64,000 bases of DNA from a bacterium (GCA_009924895.1 RFQR01000002.1:1368-65367); one strand, 5' to 3'. Shown: positions 1 to 9,699, numbered from the stretch's first letter. The notes: generated by a model from the letters alone, not told the origin. Translations and numbers: made by a program.

Positions 1-174
1 GGACTTGCTGCAGCCGCACTCATCTCAGCGTGGCTTTCAGTTGTGCTCAAGACAGCGGTTGTGGGTATTGACCCTGCCTTCTTACTATGGAATGCGCTTA
101 TTCTTTCGTCGCTTGCTATTGCAATAAAGTTGGACTGCACATCATGTACCACCTGTGAAGTGCCAAAAGTATAG
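1..174 (+). CDS. Partial (5'-truncated) small membrane protein with C-terminal CxxCxxC
   Basis: Frame 1 open from window edge: GLAAAALISAWLSVV...KLDCTSCTTCEVPKV*; hydrophobic. Confidence 0.6.
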   Translation, partial: GLAAAALISAWLSVVLKTAVVGIDPAFLLWNALILSSLAIAIKLDCTSCTTCEVPKV

Positions 175-177
175 GGT

Positions 178-480
178 ATGGACGAGCAGCGTCTCGAAGA
201 GATGTATCGCCTGGTAAAAGAAAACAATCGGATGCTCCATGCGCAGCGTCGCAACGCAGTTTGGGGAGCGATTTTCAAAGTGGTACTCTGGGCAGGATTT
301 ATCATCGTGCCCTTGTACCTGTATATGCAGTACCTCGCGCCCGTCATGCAATCAGCTCTCGATACGATGCAGCGTGTGCAGCAGGTTGGCGGGAGCGCAC
401 AAGGCCAGTTAAACAGTGCGCAAGATGCGCTTAAGAAGCTGCAAGATCAGTTAAATGCGCTTGTTCCGAAAAAGCCATAG
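178..480 (+). CDS. Hypothetical single-TM protein with Gln-rich coiled C-terminus
   Basis: 100 aa ORF, one TM segment, starts 3 nt after previous stop. Confidence 0.7.
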   Translation: MDEQRLEEMYRLVKENNRMLHAQRRNAVWGAIFKVVLWAGFIIVPLYLYMQYLAPVMQSALDTMQRVQQVGGSAQGQLNSAQDALKKLQDQLNALVPKKP

Positions 481-693
481 TAGCCAAGCGCTTGCTCCGC
501 ACTAAAATCTCACAATTGATGCTTTCCAGTGCAACGTTTTTGTGGTATATAAAGATACTCACACTAAATGGTCGTTGATTTTGGGTGGGGCTTGCCTAGC
601 ACTAAATCTCAGTGCGAATGCGCAGTGAAATTGTGGCGCTGTCATTCTACGTAAGTCTATACTCGAAATACATTTCCTTTATTTTAGTAGTGG

Positions 694-766
694 GCTTGGG
701 TAACTCAGTTGGTAGAGTGCAACCCTGAAGAGGTTGAAGTCGCCGGTTCGAGCCCGGCCCCAAGCA
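694..766 (+). tRNA. tRNA-Phe(GAA)
   Basis: Acceptor GCTTGGG/CCCAAGC, anticodon arm CAACC-CTGAAGA-GGTTG, T-loop TTCGAGC. Confidence 0.95.
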
Positions 767-777
767 CAAACGGTTTC

Positions 778-1260
778 TTACTTACTTTTAACTTTTAGCT
801 TTGCCTGCTTTTTCTTATTGATTTTTGGGAGACGAATGACGAGAATGCCATGCTTCTCTGATGCTTCCGCGAGGTCAACATCAACTTCTTCAGGAAGGAG
901 GATGGTACGCGAGAATGACCCCCAGTATAATTCTTTTTGAAAATAGTCGTCCTCGTCCACTTCTTTTTCGTCCGTTCGGGAGCCTGTGATGGTAATCATT
1001 TCTCGCGAGAGAGATATGTCGAGTGATCCCAGCTGCACGCCGGCGATAAATGCTTTTACCACGATAGCATCTTGGGTTTGGTAGACATCTACCCCAAGTT
1101 CGCCGTCTGCTTCTTTGTCATCCCAATCGGTTGATTTTACTGAAAGATGTGAGGCCTGCTCACGCTCTGGTCCATCCTCGATGTAGTCACCGTCAGAGGA
1201 GGTACCCGTCAGTCGAGAGAAAAGAGAGGGTTTTTTTGTGGTGTCGTCACGTCCAAACAT
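778..1260 (-). CDS. Hsp20/alpha-crystallin small heat-shock protein
   Basis: VDVYQT...ELYWGSFSRTILLP...HGILVIRLPK. Confidence 0.9.
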   Translation of the reverse strand: MFGRDDTTKKPSLFSRLTGTSSDGDYIEDGPEREQASHLSVKSTDWDDKEADGELGVDVYQTQDAIVVKAFIAGVQLGSLDISLSREMITITGSRTDEKEVDEDDYFQKELYWGSFSRTILLPEEVDVDLAEASEKHGILVIRLPKINKKKQAKLKVKSK

Positions 1261-1263
1261 AAT

Positions 1264-1956
1264 TTAAGAGCGCGGATGAATGCGTTTAATGTATTCTAGC
1301 ACGGCAAAGACTACGATGAGAGATATCCACACGACCGAAAACGTCCGAACGAGGTATGCTTCGGGCACATTCAGTATCAAATAGTTAAAGGTGCTATGCA
1401 CCGCAATTGCAGAGAGAATGCCAGCAATAAGCCACCAAAACTGTGCCACGCGGCTTTTGTAAAACGCAATACCGAGCGCGCAGCCGATAATAGAAGACGA
1501 AAGAACATGTAAGAGCGTCGCACCAACAAAACGCAAATCACCGGTAATAATCGTTTGTCGCAGGCTATTTCCGGCGAGAGGTGAAAGTAAGAAAAGAGTA
1601 TTCTCGAGCGCGGCAAAACCCAGTGCGGTGGCAATCATATAAATCACCGGGTCGATAGGCTCATCATCGTCACGTCGCCACAGTACGGTGATACGAGCAG
1701 AGAGATACTTACATACCTCTTCAATAGCAGACCATACAGTAAAAAGTAGTGTTGTTGTCGGGATAAGTGGCGCAACGGCTTTCTGCAGGGGGATAACGCA
1801 GGCGACAGTCAGCATCCCACCCAAAAATGCAAGCGCAATCAGATAGCGTGGCTCCGGATGTTCTCGGTCTTCACGTCGCCAAAACCAGAGCCATGCAAGA
1901 GAGGGAAAAAACCCGCCAGCAAGAGCGACTATGACGGGTTCAAATGCAAAATCCAT
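1264..1956 (-). CDS. PrsW-family intramembrane metalloprotease
   Basis: EEVCK, GFAALEN, LLHV and HSTFN motifs; multi-TM. Confidence 0.88.
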   Translation of the reverse strand: MDFAFEPVIVALAGGFFPSLAWLWFWRREDREHPEPRYLIALAFLGGMLTVACVIPLQKAVAPLIPTTTLLFTVWSAIEEVCKYLSARITVLWRRDDDEPIDPVIYMIATALGFAALENTLFLLSPLAGNSLRQTIITGDLRFVGATLLHVLSSSIIGCALGIAFYKSRVAQFWWLIAGILSAIAVHSTFNYLILNVPEAYLVRTFSVVWISLIVVFAVLEYIKRIHPRS

Positions 1957-2071
1957 TCGTTCTATTTTACCACTGCTTTACCCCGCACTAAAATCGACGG
2001 GGTGACTTTGCTGTGTAAGAAAATCAAACCTCACAAGCTGATATTTTGTGGTAACGAGAGTCCTGAGATTT

Positions 2072-4291
2072 TTAGTGCTGGGGCCAGCTCGCAACCATAA
2101 GAACTTCACTTTCCTTTGTGGGCAGCTTTTGCCAGATAGTTTCGGTCACAAACGGCATGAATGGGTGCAGAGCTTTGACTGACATTATGAGGATTTCATT
2201 GAGTGCACGAGCACGTGAGTTTCGTACAACAACATCTTCGCCCTTGAGGATTGGCTTTGATGCTTCGATAATTTCAGAAGCAAAACGATCCCACACGTAG
2301 TGATACAGAGCGTCTGCGGCGAGGTCGAGTCGGAACTGATCCATGTTTTTGGAGACGGCAGCGATAACGAGTTGTGCCTCGGTGATGAGTGCGCTGTCTT
2401 CGGAGTTCATCTCCGCTTTGATATCTGCTCCTGCACAACTCTCAAGCACGAAACGCGTGATGTTCCAAAGTTTATTTGCAAAGTGTTTGTATCCACGTAC
2501 ACGGTCTTCTGAGAGTTTCAAATCATTTCCTGGTTGAGCACCAATGATGAGCGAGAGGCGGGTAGCGTCAGCGCCGTACTTTTTCACCATGTCGAGTGGG
2601 TCAATGATGTTGCCGAGCGATTTTGACATCTTGCGTCCCTGACCATCACGCACGAGTCCGTGGAGATAGACATCCCGAAACGGTACCTGACCGGTGAGAC
2701 ATCCCGACATGAGGATCATGCGTGCAACCCAAAAGAAAAGGATGTCGTATCCAGTTTCGAGGACGGAGGTGGGGTGGAAGCGTTTGAAGTCATCAGTATT
2801 GTCGGGCCAACCGAGCGTCGAGAAGGTCCAGAGGCCTGAAGAGAACCACGTATCGAGCGTGTCTGGGTCTTGTTCCCAGCCTTCGCCTGGTGAATCAACT
2901 TGTACACGTATTTCATCTCCCTTAAACCATGCAGGAATGCGGTGACCAAACCAAATCTGGCGTGAAATGCACCAGTCGCGCAAGTTATCAATCCAATGGT
3001 GATACACGCGCTCGAATCGCTCAGGAGCAATACGAATCTGTCGCGTTTCAACAACATGACGCATCATTGCCTTGAGTGTTGTTTTTGAGCCCGACGCGAT
3101 TCCTTCAATTTCAGAATGGGGAAGGGTGAACTCTTTGTTTACGGCAACAAACCACTGCTGCTTTATTTGTGGCTCGATAGTTCCACCACCACGACTGTTG
3201 GTCGCGATGTTGTGGACGTATGCTTCGTCTACTTTTACGACGAGTCCTTTTGCTTTGAGTTTTTCAACAATCACTGCGCGAGCCTTTTTGATATGTTGCC
3301 CTGCAAACTCACCGGCAATAGGGAGAAGAATGCCGCGCTCATCGATTACTTGCTCGACGTCGAGGTTGTGGCGCTGAGCAATTTCAAAGTCGATCATTGA
3401 GTGTGACGGGGTGATAGTCATTACGCCAGAACCCACTTCCATTTGTGCAGCCTCGTCTTTAATGACCGTTGCGCTGATTGGCCCGTTAATCCATTCGAGG
3501 TCAATTTTCTGTCCGTGTTTAAATTCCGCGTAGCGTGCATCGTCGGGGTGCATGACGACATACTTGTCGCCGAATTTTGTTTCGGGGCGGACGGTACCAA
3601 TAACAAATGGTCCGTATTGGAAATAATAGAACGGGTCTTTCTGCTCCACGTATTCAATCTCATCATCAGAAACAGTGGTCTGGAGTTTTGGGTCCCAGTT
3701 CACAATACGATTACCGCGATAAATAAGTCCGAGCTCGTACATACGCACAAACGCAGTCATGACTGCTTTGTAACGCGGTTCGTCGAGTGTGTAAGCATAG
3801 CGACTCCAATCGAGTGATGCACCCATAGCACGCACCTGGCTAATGATGGTGTTTTTACTTTCTTCTGCAAATGTGCTCACCCGCTTCAAAAGCTCTTCAC
3901 GGCCAAGGTCATAGCGGGTGAGTTTTTCTTTTTTATAAATCTCACCTTCAACTTTTGATTGCGTTGCAATTGCCGCTGAATCGGTGCCCGGTATCCAAAG
4001 CGTGCGCTTGCCTTGCATGCGTGCGTAGCGAACCAAGATGTCTTCGACGGCAAGCATTGCCGCATGACCCATGTGGAGTGTGCCGGTCACGTTTGGTGGA
4101 GGGAGCACAATTGTGTAGCCTTCAGCATTTGCCTTGGTAACACCTTTTTCGACACAGACATCAGGATTGGTAAAACCACTTTCGTTCCACAGTTTTATTG
4201 TAGCCCCCTCGGCTTCTTCGGGGTTGTAGGGCTTCATGAATGCTTCTGGAATACCGCGATTTTCCTTCCCGCCCGATATTTTTGTGGTCAT
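2072..4291 (-). CDS. valS: Valine--tRNA ligase (short form, no C-terminal coiled coil)
   Basis: PPPNVTGTLHMGH, DWCISRQ, KMSKS. Confidence 0.95.
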   Translation of the reverse strand: MTTKISGGKENRGIPEAFMKPYNPEEAEGATIKLWNESGFTNPDVCVEKGVTKANAEGYTIVLPPPNVTGTLHMGHAAMLAVEDILVRYARMQGKRTLWIPGTDSAAIATQSKVEGEIYKKEKLTRYDLGREELLKRVSTFAEESKNTIISQVRAMGASLDWSRYAYTLDEPRYKAVMTAFVRMYELGLIYRGNRIVNWDPKLQTTVSDDEIEYVEQKDPFYYFQYGPFVIGTVRPETKFGDKYVVMHPDDARYAEFKHGQKIDLEWINGPISATVIKDEAAQMEVGSGVMTITPSHSMIDFEIAQRHNLDVEQVIDERGILLPIAGEFAGQHIKKARAVIVEKLKAKGLVVKVDEAYVHNIATNSRGGGTIEPQIKQQWFVAVNKEFTLPHSEIEGIASGSKTTLKAMMRHVVETRQIRIAPERFERVYHHWIDNLRDWCISRQIWFGHRIPAWFKGDEIRVQVDSPGEGWEQDPDTLDTWFSSGLWTFSTLGWPDNTDDFKRFHPTSVLETGYDILFFWVARMILMSGCLTGQVPFRDVYLHGLVRDGQGRKMSKSLGNIIDPLDMVKKYGADATRLSLIIGAQPGNDLKLSEDRVRGYKHFANKLWNITRFVLESCAGADIKAEMNSEDSALITEAQLVIAAVSKNMDQFRLDLAADALYHYVWDRFASEIIEASKPILKGEDVVVRNSRARALNEILIMSVKALHPFMPFVTETIWQKLPTKESEVLMVASWPQH

Positions 4292-4407
4292 AGTGGGTAC
4301 TGAGAGTATATCGAAAAGTTGGTCATTTGCGTAGTCGAGTCAGCGGCGAAAATATCGAGGTGGGGAGCCATATTTTTAGGATAGCACAGAGGGTTGGAGG
4401 AGGGGAC

Positions 4408-4435
4408 TTGACAATATATTTTTATAATTTATACT
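4408..4435 (+). promoter_or_regulatory. Sigma70-like promoter
   Basis: TTGACA-16 nt-TATACT in AT-rich context. Confidence 0.5.
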
Positions 4436-4522
4436 AGAAGCAAGTTGGAACGTGCCTGGTCCACCCTATGAGACCAGGACGTATACAGGAGTAAATGGAG
4501 TCCAGCCTCCTCTCCTCTTGTA

Positions 4523-4550
4523 GGGTGGCACATTATTGTGCCACCCTTTT
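4523..4550. terminator. Intrinsic terminator hairpin
   Basis: GGGTGGCACA-TTAT-TGTGCCACCC followed by a T-run on +. Confidence 0.65.
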
Positions 4551-4555
4551 GTTTT

Positions 4556-5740
4556 TTATAGTCTTGCATTCCCTTGTGCCACGATGCCCAAACCGCCTGT
4601 AGGCGGATTTTTTGTTGCTTGAAAATAGCCAGCGAGCGCAATCATGACCGCATTGTCGGTAGAGAGCCCTGGTGCAGGGAAAAGTACTGGTACTTTGGAC
4701 TCTTCAGTAAGTCGTGAGCGCAAGTATGAATTTGCAGCGACGCCGCCACCTACCAAGATGCATTGTGCTCCGTGCTCTTCTGTTGCACGTAGAGTTTTCG
4801 AAACGAGTACATCCACAATCGATTCTTCGGTTTCTCGTGCGATGTCTGCGCGCATTTCGTCAGAGAGCGGCTGGTGTTGCTCAATTAATTTTCGTGCGGC
4901 AGTTTTGAGACCAGAAAAAGAAAAGTCGTAATCACCTGAATCTTTCATGCCACGAGGTAGAGTGGTGTGTTTCGTTTTTCCGCGCGCGAGAGAAGCAAGT
5001 TTTGAAATCTCAATGCCACCAGGATAGGGTAAATCTAAAATGCGCGCGATTTTATCAAACGCTTCACCGGCAGCGTCATCGCGTGTCTCGCCGAGCATCT
5101 GATAGTCGTCAAAGTTTTTTACTAACTGCAACTCAGTGTGACCGCCAGAGACAAGAAGTGCGAGTGCGGGTATCTCGAATTCTTTCTTGATACTTGAAAC
5201 TTGATACTTGTTATTTTCGCCAACAACGGAGGCGACTATGTGTCCCTCCATGTGGTTTATTGGGACTAATGGAATCTGCCACGACATCGAAAGCGCTTTT
5301 GCAAAGTTGATACCCGGCCACAGTGCGGGTTCGAGCCCGGGGCCAAAGGTCACAGCGATTGTGTCAATATCTGGTTTTGCATGAGTCTGTAAAAATTGTG
5401 TTACCTGTGGCAGTAGTTCACTTTCGCGCTCTAAAACCCTCTCAATATCCTCCCAAGGGGTACCCTTGGTATTTACCAAGGGTACCCCTTGGTGTGGAGT
5501 GACCGGTATGAGTATGTGCGCTTCAGTCAGTGCTTGCACCAAAAGTGGCACCAAGTTTTTTTGGTGTTCTCGCTTAGCGAGGTTGGGGAAGACGCCACCG
5601 TAAGGCGCATGGAGTGCTGCTTGTGAAAACAAGGCGTTGCCTACAATGGTATAAGAAAAGTCGGTATTAAAATTTCCCGTGCACTCAAGTACACAAACCG
5701 CTGTTTCGTCGCAACTTGTCTCAATCCCCAGGATTCTCAT
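4556..5740 (-). CDS. tsaD: tRNA t6A threonylcarbamoyltransferase TsaD
   Basis: Start reassigned to MRILGIETSCDET; HMEGH, SGGHT, DAAGEAFDK, FSFSGLKT, TDNAVMIA. Confidence 0.95.
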   Translation of the reverse strand: MRILGIETSCDETAVCVLECTGNFNTDFSYTIVGNALFSQAALHAPYGGVFPNLAKREHQKNLVPLLVQALTEAHILIPVTPHQGVPLVNTKGTPWEDIERVLERESELLPQVTQFLQTHAKPDIDTIAVTFGPGLEPALWPGINFAKALSMSWQIPLVPINHMEGHIVASVVGENNKYQVSSIKKEFEIPALALLVSGGHTELQLVKNFDDYQMLGETRDDAAGEAFDKIARILDLPYPGGIEISKLASLARGKTKHTTLPRGMKDSGDYDFSFSGLKTAARKLIEQHQPLSDEMRADIARETEESIVDVLVSKTLRATEEHGAQCILVGGGVAANSYLRSRLTEESKVPVLFPAPGLSTDNAVMIALAGYFQATKNPPTGGLGIVAQGNARL

Positions 5741-5784
5741 ATTGTTTGAATAGATTTCACTACCATAGCGCATAATGAGGAGAT

Positions 5785-7569
5785 ATGGAATCTTCGAAGA
5801 TAATCGCACCGCCCCAAGCGGTCTTACGGCGCTATATGCGAGCATCGTTACGGTACCCATTTCTTCTCGTGGGAGCACTCCTTGCACCGATTGGACTCCA
5901 GCTTACCGCACTCGCGACTCCGTGGTACATGCGGCATTTTTTCAATTTACTCGCTGAGCCGGTGGGAACCGTAAGTCGTGGAGAGTTTTTACATCTAATA
6001 TATATCATCGCAGGTATATCGCTTTTGGGGTGGGCGATGCGGCGGTGGCGTGGATGGAGTCAGGTGTATTTGGAAGTACACGTTCTTCAAAATTTAGGAC
6101 AAGAGGCGTTTGCCTACCTGCTTGACCACTCAGCACACTTTTTCTCGTCGCAATTCTCGGGCACGCTTACTCGTCGCGTGACGAAGTACAAGGATGCGTT
6201 TGAGACACTCTTCGATACTCTGGTAATGACCGCGATACCGCTCGTCGTGTTTTTGTTGGGTGCGTGTATCGTCCTTTTCATTCGAAATCCCGTTCTGGGC
6301 CTCGTGTTTGCGGCATGGTGTCTGCTTGCTATTTTGTTTCAGATTCTCGTGACGCAGTGGCGTCAGCCACTACGCGAAATGCGAGCCGTTGCGGATAGTG
6401 CGGTTGTCGGAACGATTGCCGACAGCGTATCAAATCAGAATACTGTGACTCTTTTTTCGGGCACCACGCATGAATCAGGTCGATTCCATGAGGTGCTTGA
6501 GACATGGCGCAAGGCAACACTCAAATCATGGGTTGCCGATGAGAACATCTGGAATGTGCAAGGTTTCCTCATGATCGCAGTAAATATCGGCATGCTCTAT
6601 GGCGCATATCATTTTTGGACGTTAGGCCAGCTGCAGGTGGGTGACTTTGTGCTCATTCAGTCATACCTCATTGGTACCTTTGATCAGATTATGAATATGA
6701 ATCGCGAGTTACGACGCGTGTATGACGCATTTGCCGACGCGGGAGAGATGGTAGCGATTCTTGATAAGCCGCACGGTATTGCCGATGGGACGGGGGCAAA
6801 AATACTACAAGTAACTAAGGGCACTATTTGTTTTAATGACGTATCATTTTATTTTCATAATGATCGGCCCATTTTGCAGAATCTTTCTGTTGTCATTCCT
6901 GGGGGACAGAAAGTTGCTCTTGTTGGGCCGTCAGGTGCGGGCAAATCGACAATCACTAAACTACTGCTACGACTCTATGATGTGACAGGCGGGGAGGTAT
7001 TGATTGATGAACAGTCAGTACGCGGCGTGACGCAAAATAGTTTGCGCAACGCGATCGGTTTTGTGCCACAAGAACCGGTTCTCTTTCACCGCACGCTTTT
7101 AGAAAATATTCGATACGGTAAGCGTGATGCAACGGACGCAGAAGTAATTGATGCTGCAAAGAAAGCGCACTGCGATGAGTTTATTCAGAATCTTCCCAAA
7201 AAGTATGAGACTCTTGTGGGGGAGCGCGGGGTGCGCCTCTCGGGTGGCGAGCGTCAGCGTGTTGCGATCGCACGCGCCATCTTGAAAAATGCACCGATTC
7301 TGGTCTTGGACGAAGCAACCTCAAGTCTTGATTCTGAATCAGAGGCCTTGATTCAAGATTCGCTTAAGGTCCTGATGGAGGGAAAGACAGTGATTGTGAT
7401 TGCACACCGGCTCTCGACCATTACTTCGATGGATCGTGTGTTAGTGATTGAAAGTGGGAAAGTTGAAGCCGATGGTACGCATGCGGAATTGCTTGCGCGA
7501 GATGGTCTCTATCAGCGTCTATGGAGTATTCAGGCAGGCGGGTTCATTCCCGAAGAAGGGGAGGAATAG
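5785..7569 (+). CDS. ABC exporter, fused permease/ATPase (MsbA/Atm1-like)
   Basis: N-terminal TM domain; GPSGAGKST, LSGGERQR, LDEATS. Confidence 0.92.
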   Translation: MESSKIIAPPQAVLRRYMRASLRYPFLLVGALLAPIGLQLTALATPWYMRHFFNLLAEPVGTVSRGEFLHLIYIIAGISLLGWAMRRWRGWSQVYLEVHVLQNLGQEAFAYLLDHSAHFFSSQFSGTLTRRVTKYKDAFETLFDTLVMTAIPLVVFLLGACIVLFIRNPVLGLVFAAWCLLAILFQILVTQWRQPLREMRAVADSAVVGTIADSVSNQNTVTLFSGTTHESGRFHEVLETWRKATLKSWVADENIWNVQGFLMIAVNIGMLYGAYHFWTLGQLQVGDFVLIQSYLIGTFDQIMNMNRELRRVYDAFADAGEMVAILDKPHGIADGTGAKILQVTKGTICFNDVSFYFHNDRPILQNLSVVIPGGQKVALVGPSGAGKSTITKLLLRLYDVTGGEVLIDEQSVRGVTQNSLRNAIGFVPQEPVLFHRTLLENIRYGKRDATDAEVIDAAKKAHCDEFIQNLPKKYETLVGERGVRLSGGERQRVAIARAILKNAPILVLDEATSSLDSESEALIQDSLKVLMEGKTVIVIAHRLSTITSMDRVLVIESGKVEADGTHAELLARDGLYQRLWSIQAGGFIPEEGEE

Positions 7570-7588
7570 AGAATCTTCGTATAAAAAG

Positions 7589-7772
7589 GGTGACATAGTT
7601 GTGGGATTGGGTAAGAGCTTGAAATGTTGTTGTTTGTGGTCAAAAATATTTTGCTCGTCGTCACTCACAAAATTTTTCGACCCTGACTCGCGGCTCGCTC
7701 TGCTGAGCTCGCAATGCTCCGTCTCGCACCGCAGCAAAAAAGACTGGCGCAGGCCAGTCTTTTTTGTCTCGG
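7589..7772 (-). repeat. tRNA-3'-associated structured module (Val copy)
   Basis: Hairpin closed by GCACCG/CGGTGC, then GAGACGGAGC..CAGCA-loop..CGCGAG..GTGACG-loop hairpin; motifs shared with 27143, 54331 and 56121 copies. Confidence 0.65.
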
Positions 7773-7845
7773 TGCGCGGTGAGGGATTTGAACCCCCGAC
7801 ATCTACAACGTCAATGTAGCGCTCTACCAACTGAGCTAACCGCGC
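7773..7845 (-). tRNA. tRNA-Val(GAC)
   Basis: GCGCGGT acceptor, CTACA-TTGACGT-TGTAG anticodon arm, TTCAAAT T-loop. Confidence 0.95.
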
Positions 7846-7947
7846 ATTACTTCGCGATTATATCCGGTATCATCCACCGAAGCTAACCGCGCGGTATTTT
7901 GTCCCGACACTATAGCAGAAAAGCGAAAATTTCGGTAGCATGGTGCG

Positions 7948-8580
7948 ATGCTCATGCGTAATCTAACCTCGACCACACACTCGGTTGTAGTACAAGAAGC
8001 CGCCGCTGCTCTCAAAAAAGGCGGTGTTGTTTTGTATCCGACTGACACGCTCTACGGGCTCGGAGCAGATGCATTTTCAAACACTGCAGTTGATAAGATA
8101 TATGCAGTTAAGGAGCGTAAAGATGACAAGCCAATTCATGCCATCGTTTCGGACCTAGGAATGGCGGGAAAGTATGGATACATAGATGACCGGATTCGCA
8201 AAATTGCAACCGAATTACCCATGGGGAAGATTACATTTATTGTAAAAAAACGTGTGGGGGTTACGGGTGGCATCATGCGGGGTATGAAGACCTTTGGCTT
8301 TCGTATTCCTGACAATCGCTTTTGCCAAGACATGATTCGGGTATTTGGAAAACCAATTACAGCGACGAGCGCAAATGCGAGTGGCTACCCACCACAAAAC
8401 TCAATCGGCCCTATTTTTATACAAATTGGCAAAAATGCCGGTCTCATTGACGTGGCAGTCAATGCGGGGGAATTGCCAGAATCAAAACCGTCAACGGTGA
8501 TTGATTGCACAGGCAAGGAGTTAAAGATTTTGAGGGAGGGTGTGGTGAGTTCTGGCACCATTCAAGATGCTCTCTTGTGA
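7948..8580 (+). CDS. tsaC: Threonylcarbamoyl-AMP synthase TsaC/Sua5/YrdC
   Basis: YPTDTLYGLG, KxR..KP, TSANASG, STVID, REG. Confidence 0.92.
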   Translation: MLMRNLTSTTHSVVVQEAAAALKKGGVVLYPTDTLYGLGADAFSNTAVDKIYAVKERKDDKPIHAIVSDLGMAGKYGYIDDRIRKIATELPMGKITFIVKKRVGVTGGIMRGMKTFGFRIPDNRFCQDMIRVFGKPITATSANASGYPPQNSIGPIFIQIGKNAGLIDVAVNAGELPESKPSTVIDCTGKELKILREGVVSSGTIQDALL

Positions 8581-8610
8581 GTTTTGAAATAGGTCTGTAC
8601 TATCATTAGT

Positions 8611-9339
8611 ATGGTTTTAAACTCACTTGGTCGCAACAAATCTTTGCCTAAGGGCAGTGATTATTTGGCAATCGAAAGAGGTCGTTTGCTCAAAGATGCA
8701 AGAAAGGTAGATAGGGAACTTAGAAGAGAGCTATTTTTTGAGTTCTTTGTCGTTACCAAAATGTTTGAACGTTTTGAGAATGATCTTGCTAAGCTTGATG
8801 TGGAGCAGGCGCAGGCTGACGAAATAATGCTTGGCGCTAAAGATCTTTCCAAGAAAGAGATATATGCAGCCTTGTCGTACCCCCACGAACTTCGTGAGCG
8901 TTTTCTAAAAAAAATACTGGATAGAGTTTCTTCGGGGGAAATCAGACCGAAAGGGCTCTTAAGGGAAATGTCGCGAATCGCTCAGAGAAATGGTTACAGC
9001 GTCGGTTTTCATATGTCAAAGTTTGACATACGCGAGTCTGGTAAGGGGTGGGCGGTGATAGGAAGAGAGCAGGATCACCGTGATGATGATTTGCCGATGG
9101 CTTACTATTCTCGAGAATTCAAACATCTCTACAGAAGGAAGCTAACAAACTATATGTATATCGTGAGGGCTGAAGATATGCATCGTGTCGGTGCTGATGG
9201 TAAATGGTGGCGCGCCCCCTCTCTTTCTATTGTCCAGCAAATTTCGGTTGATGAGCTGAGAAAAGGATTGGATGATCTTGACCTGGAAATGCGCTCGCAA
9301 GCACGAGAGGAAGGTGCGCCGATGGACGAAGAAGAATAA
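8611..9339 (+). CDS. Hypothetical protein
   Basis: 242 aa ORF followed by a terminator; no family confidently recognised. Confidence 0.7.
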   Translation: MVLNSLGRNKSLPKGSDYLAIERGRLLKDARKVDRELRRELFFEFFVVTKMFERFENDLAKLDVEQAQADEIMLGAKDLSKKEIYAALSYPHELRERFLKKILDRVSSGEIRPKGLLREMSRIAQRNGYSVGFHMSKFDIRESGKGWAVIGREQDHRDDDLPMAYYSREFKHLYRRKLTNYMYIVRAEDMHRVGADGKWWRAPSLSIVQQISVDELRKGLDDLDLEMRSQAREEGAPMDEEE

Positions 9340-9344
9340 ATTTT

Positions 9345-9368
9345 CAGGGGCGCATATGTGCGCCCCTG
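9345..9368. terminator. Hairpin between convergent genes
   Basis: CAGGGGCGCA-TATG-TGCGCCCCTG. Confidence 0.55.
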
Positions 9369-9370
9369 TT

Positions 9371-9628
9371 CTACGTTCTGCCCACCAAGCAGGTGATAAG
9401 AGCTGCACGCTCCATCCCCAGTCTTATCACCCAGCTCCATAATTCTGATACGTCAGGTCGATCGCTTATCTCTTGTACACTTTTTTCACTTGATGTTGTA
9501 ATGGCGCGGTGCAAGATGCGTGCTTTTGTTATGTCCTCGACGTTCACTGTGTTGCTGAGTGTAATAGGTGCGAGATGGGGGTTTTCGCGACATGTTCTGA
9601 CATGGTGTACGAACTGATTCCAGTCCAT
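9371..9628 (-). CDS. Hypothetical small protein
   Basis: 85 aa ORF ending at the hairpin. Confidence 0.4.
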   Translation of the reverse strand: MDWNQFVHHVRTCRENPHLAPITLSNTVNVEDITKARILHRAITTSSEKSVQEISDRPDVSELWSWVIRLGMERAALITCLVGRT

Positions 9629-9699
9629 TGACGACTCCTGTGTCTACTTTTTATCAAATTTAATTATAACACATTGCTAATAAAGTGCAACTCATACTT

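Noticed and set aside
490-690. Short GCACTAAA(A)TCTCA repeats upstream of tRNA-Phe
   Set aside because: Two short imperfect copies with no clear structure; insufficient support.
5741-5887. N-terminal extension of tsaD in the ORF track
   Set aside because: Overlaps the divergent ABC gene; the canonical start MRILGIETS is at 5740.
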